DNA of 24,393 nucleotides from a virus (Duplodnaviria; Heunggongvirae; Uroviricota; Caudoviricetes): IMG/VR virus record IMGVR_UViG_2740892232_000011; one strand, 5' to 3'. Shown piece by piece: positions 23,286 to 24,393 of this stretch (position 1 is its first letter; each line of letters starts with the position of its first letter). The notes under the pieces were generated by a model. It saw only the letters and a program-made list of their open reading frames with translations, ran no database searches and was not told where the DNA came from. The position numbers and the translations under genes were made by a program.

Positions 23286-24393
23286 AACCGATGTTCCGGG
23301 ATTATCTCCGTATTTTGACAAAAGAAATAACAAAGTTTACTGGCGTTACAGGCATCCCATAACAGGCAAAAATCACGGTCTCGGCAGTATTGACCAGAAA
23401 CTGGCAGAAACTATTGCAGCAGAAGCGAACAGCCGTCTTGCCCGGCAGCAAATGGAACAAATGCTCAGTCTGCAGGAGAAAATTATTAGTGATACCGGCG
23501 GTTCATCAACCGTTACCATTTTTCTGAATAATTACAGAAAAATTCAACAGGAAAGATATGAAAACGGCGAGATCAAACTCAACACGCTGAAACAGAAAGC
23601 GGCCCCTCTCAGGGTATTTGATGAACGTTTTGGCACCAGACCGTTAGATGCCATAACCGTAAAAGATGTGGTATCAGTACTGGAAGAGTACAAGGCCAGA
23701 GGACATAACAGAATGGGACAAATTTTCAGGAAAGTACTGATCGATGTTTTCCGGGAAGCTCAGCAAACGGGCGATGTCCCGCCAGGCTTTAACCCTGCAG
23801 AATCGGCAAAAAAACCGCAGGTGCGGATATCAAGACAGCGACTGACTTTTGATGAGTGGATGATGATTTATAACGCAGCGGAAAAGGATGGTTACTTTTT
23901 ACAGCGCGGTATGCTGCTGGCACTGATGACAGGCCAGCGCCTTTCAGATATTTGCAAAATGCAATTTTCGGATATCCGGGATGGTTATCTTCATGTCGAA
24001 CAGCAAAAAACAGGAACCCGGATTGCCATCCCTCTGGCTCTGCGTTGCGATAAATTAAATCTCACCCTGGATGATGTAGTGTCATCCTGCCGCGATTGCG
24101 TTCTTAGTCCGTGGCTATTGCACCACCATCACGCGAAAGGGACAGCTAAGCGCGGCGGGATGGTTAAGCCAGCAACATTAACCGTTGCATTTAAAAAAGC
24201 CCGGGATTCTGTGGATTACAACTGGCGTGCTAATGGCACCCCACCCTCTTTCCATGAGCAGAGATCTTTATCAGAGCGATTGTTCAGAGAGCAGGGGGTT
24301 GATACCAAAATTTTGCTAGGCCATTCGAATCAAAAAATGACCGATATTTACAACGACGCACGCGGTAAGGAATGGAAAAAACTGGTCATTTGA
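23263..24393 (+). CDS. int: Tyrosine integrase (lambda Int family)
   Basis: 376 aa; C-terminus HEQRSLSERLF..LLGHSNQKMTDIYNDARGKEWKKLVI parallels lambda Int HELRSLSARLY..LLGHKSDTMASQYRDDRGREWDKIEIK, including the catalytic Tyr. Ends at the window edge. Confidence 0.9.
   Translation: MARPRKYKTDVPGLSPYFDKRNNKVYWRYRHPITGKNHGLGSIDQKLAETIAAEANSRLARQQMEQMLSLQEKIISDTGGSSTVTIFLNNYRKIQQERYENGEIKLNTLKQKAAPLRVFDERFGTRPLDAITVKDVVSVLEEYKARGHNRMGQIFRKVLIDVFREAQQTGDVPPGFNPAESAKKPQVRISRQRLTFDEWMMIYNAAEKDGYFLQRGMLLALMTGQRLSDICKMQFSDIRDGYLHVEQQKTGTRIAIPLALRCDKLNLTLDDVVSSCRDCVLSPWLLHHHHAKGTAKRGGMVKPATLTVAFKKARDSVDYNWRANGTPPSFHEQRSLSERLFREQGVDTKILLGHSNQKMTDIYNDARGKEWKKLVI

Larger units (their letters stand above)
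1..24393. mobile_element. Lambdoid prophage (partial; integrase at right edge, terminase at left edge, attachment sites outside window)
   Basis: Co-linear lambda-type modules: int/xis, CI/Cro-like immunity with operators, O-like replication gene with iterons, rusA, Q, lysis cassette, cos, Nu1/A-like terminase. Orientation inverted relative to the lambda map. Confidence 0.9.

Noticed and set aside
23021-23333. Minus-strand ORFs 23021-23230 and 23109-23333
   Set aside because: Antisense to the xis/int junction, where the plus-strand xis-int overlap follows the conserved lambda arrangement.

Overview
This window is most of a lambda-like (lambdoid) prophage of an Escherichia/Shigella-type host, in inverted lambda map order. 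The plus strand carries the early-left arm (CI-like repressor, small early genes, an 823-aa exonuclease-domain protein, excisionase, integrase ending at the window edge). The minus strand carries the rightward arm (Cro-like, YdaT-like, O-like replication initiator with iterons, nin-region genes including hok, DUF968, RusA, Q antiterminator, a DNA methyltransferase, three tRNAs, a prophage-type NanS esterase, a pinholin/SAR-endolysin/spanin lysis cassette, a lambda-identical cosN, and the small and partial large terminase subunits). No Shiga toxin genes are present, although the Q-tRNA-nanS-lysis architecture is the one that hosts stx in Stx phages. The most interesting feature is an AT-rich two-gene cassette (membrane protein plus 342-aa protein, 13.3-15.0 kb) flanked by about 30-bp direct repeats beside hok; it looks like a swapped-in anti-phage defence-type module (architecture resembles Kiwa, identity unverified). 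Other points are a QueH-like gene, a scaffold gap flanked by a diverged duplicate in the lysis region, and several overlapping or orphan small ORFs. All calls come from reading the sequence and recalled family knowledge; no searches were run.
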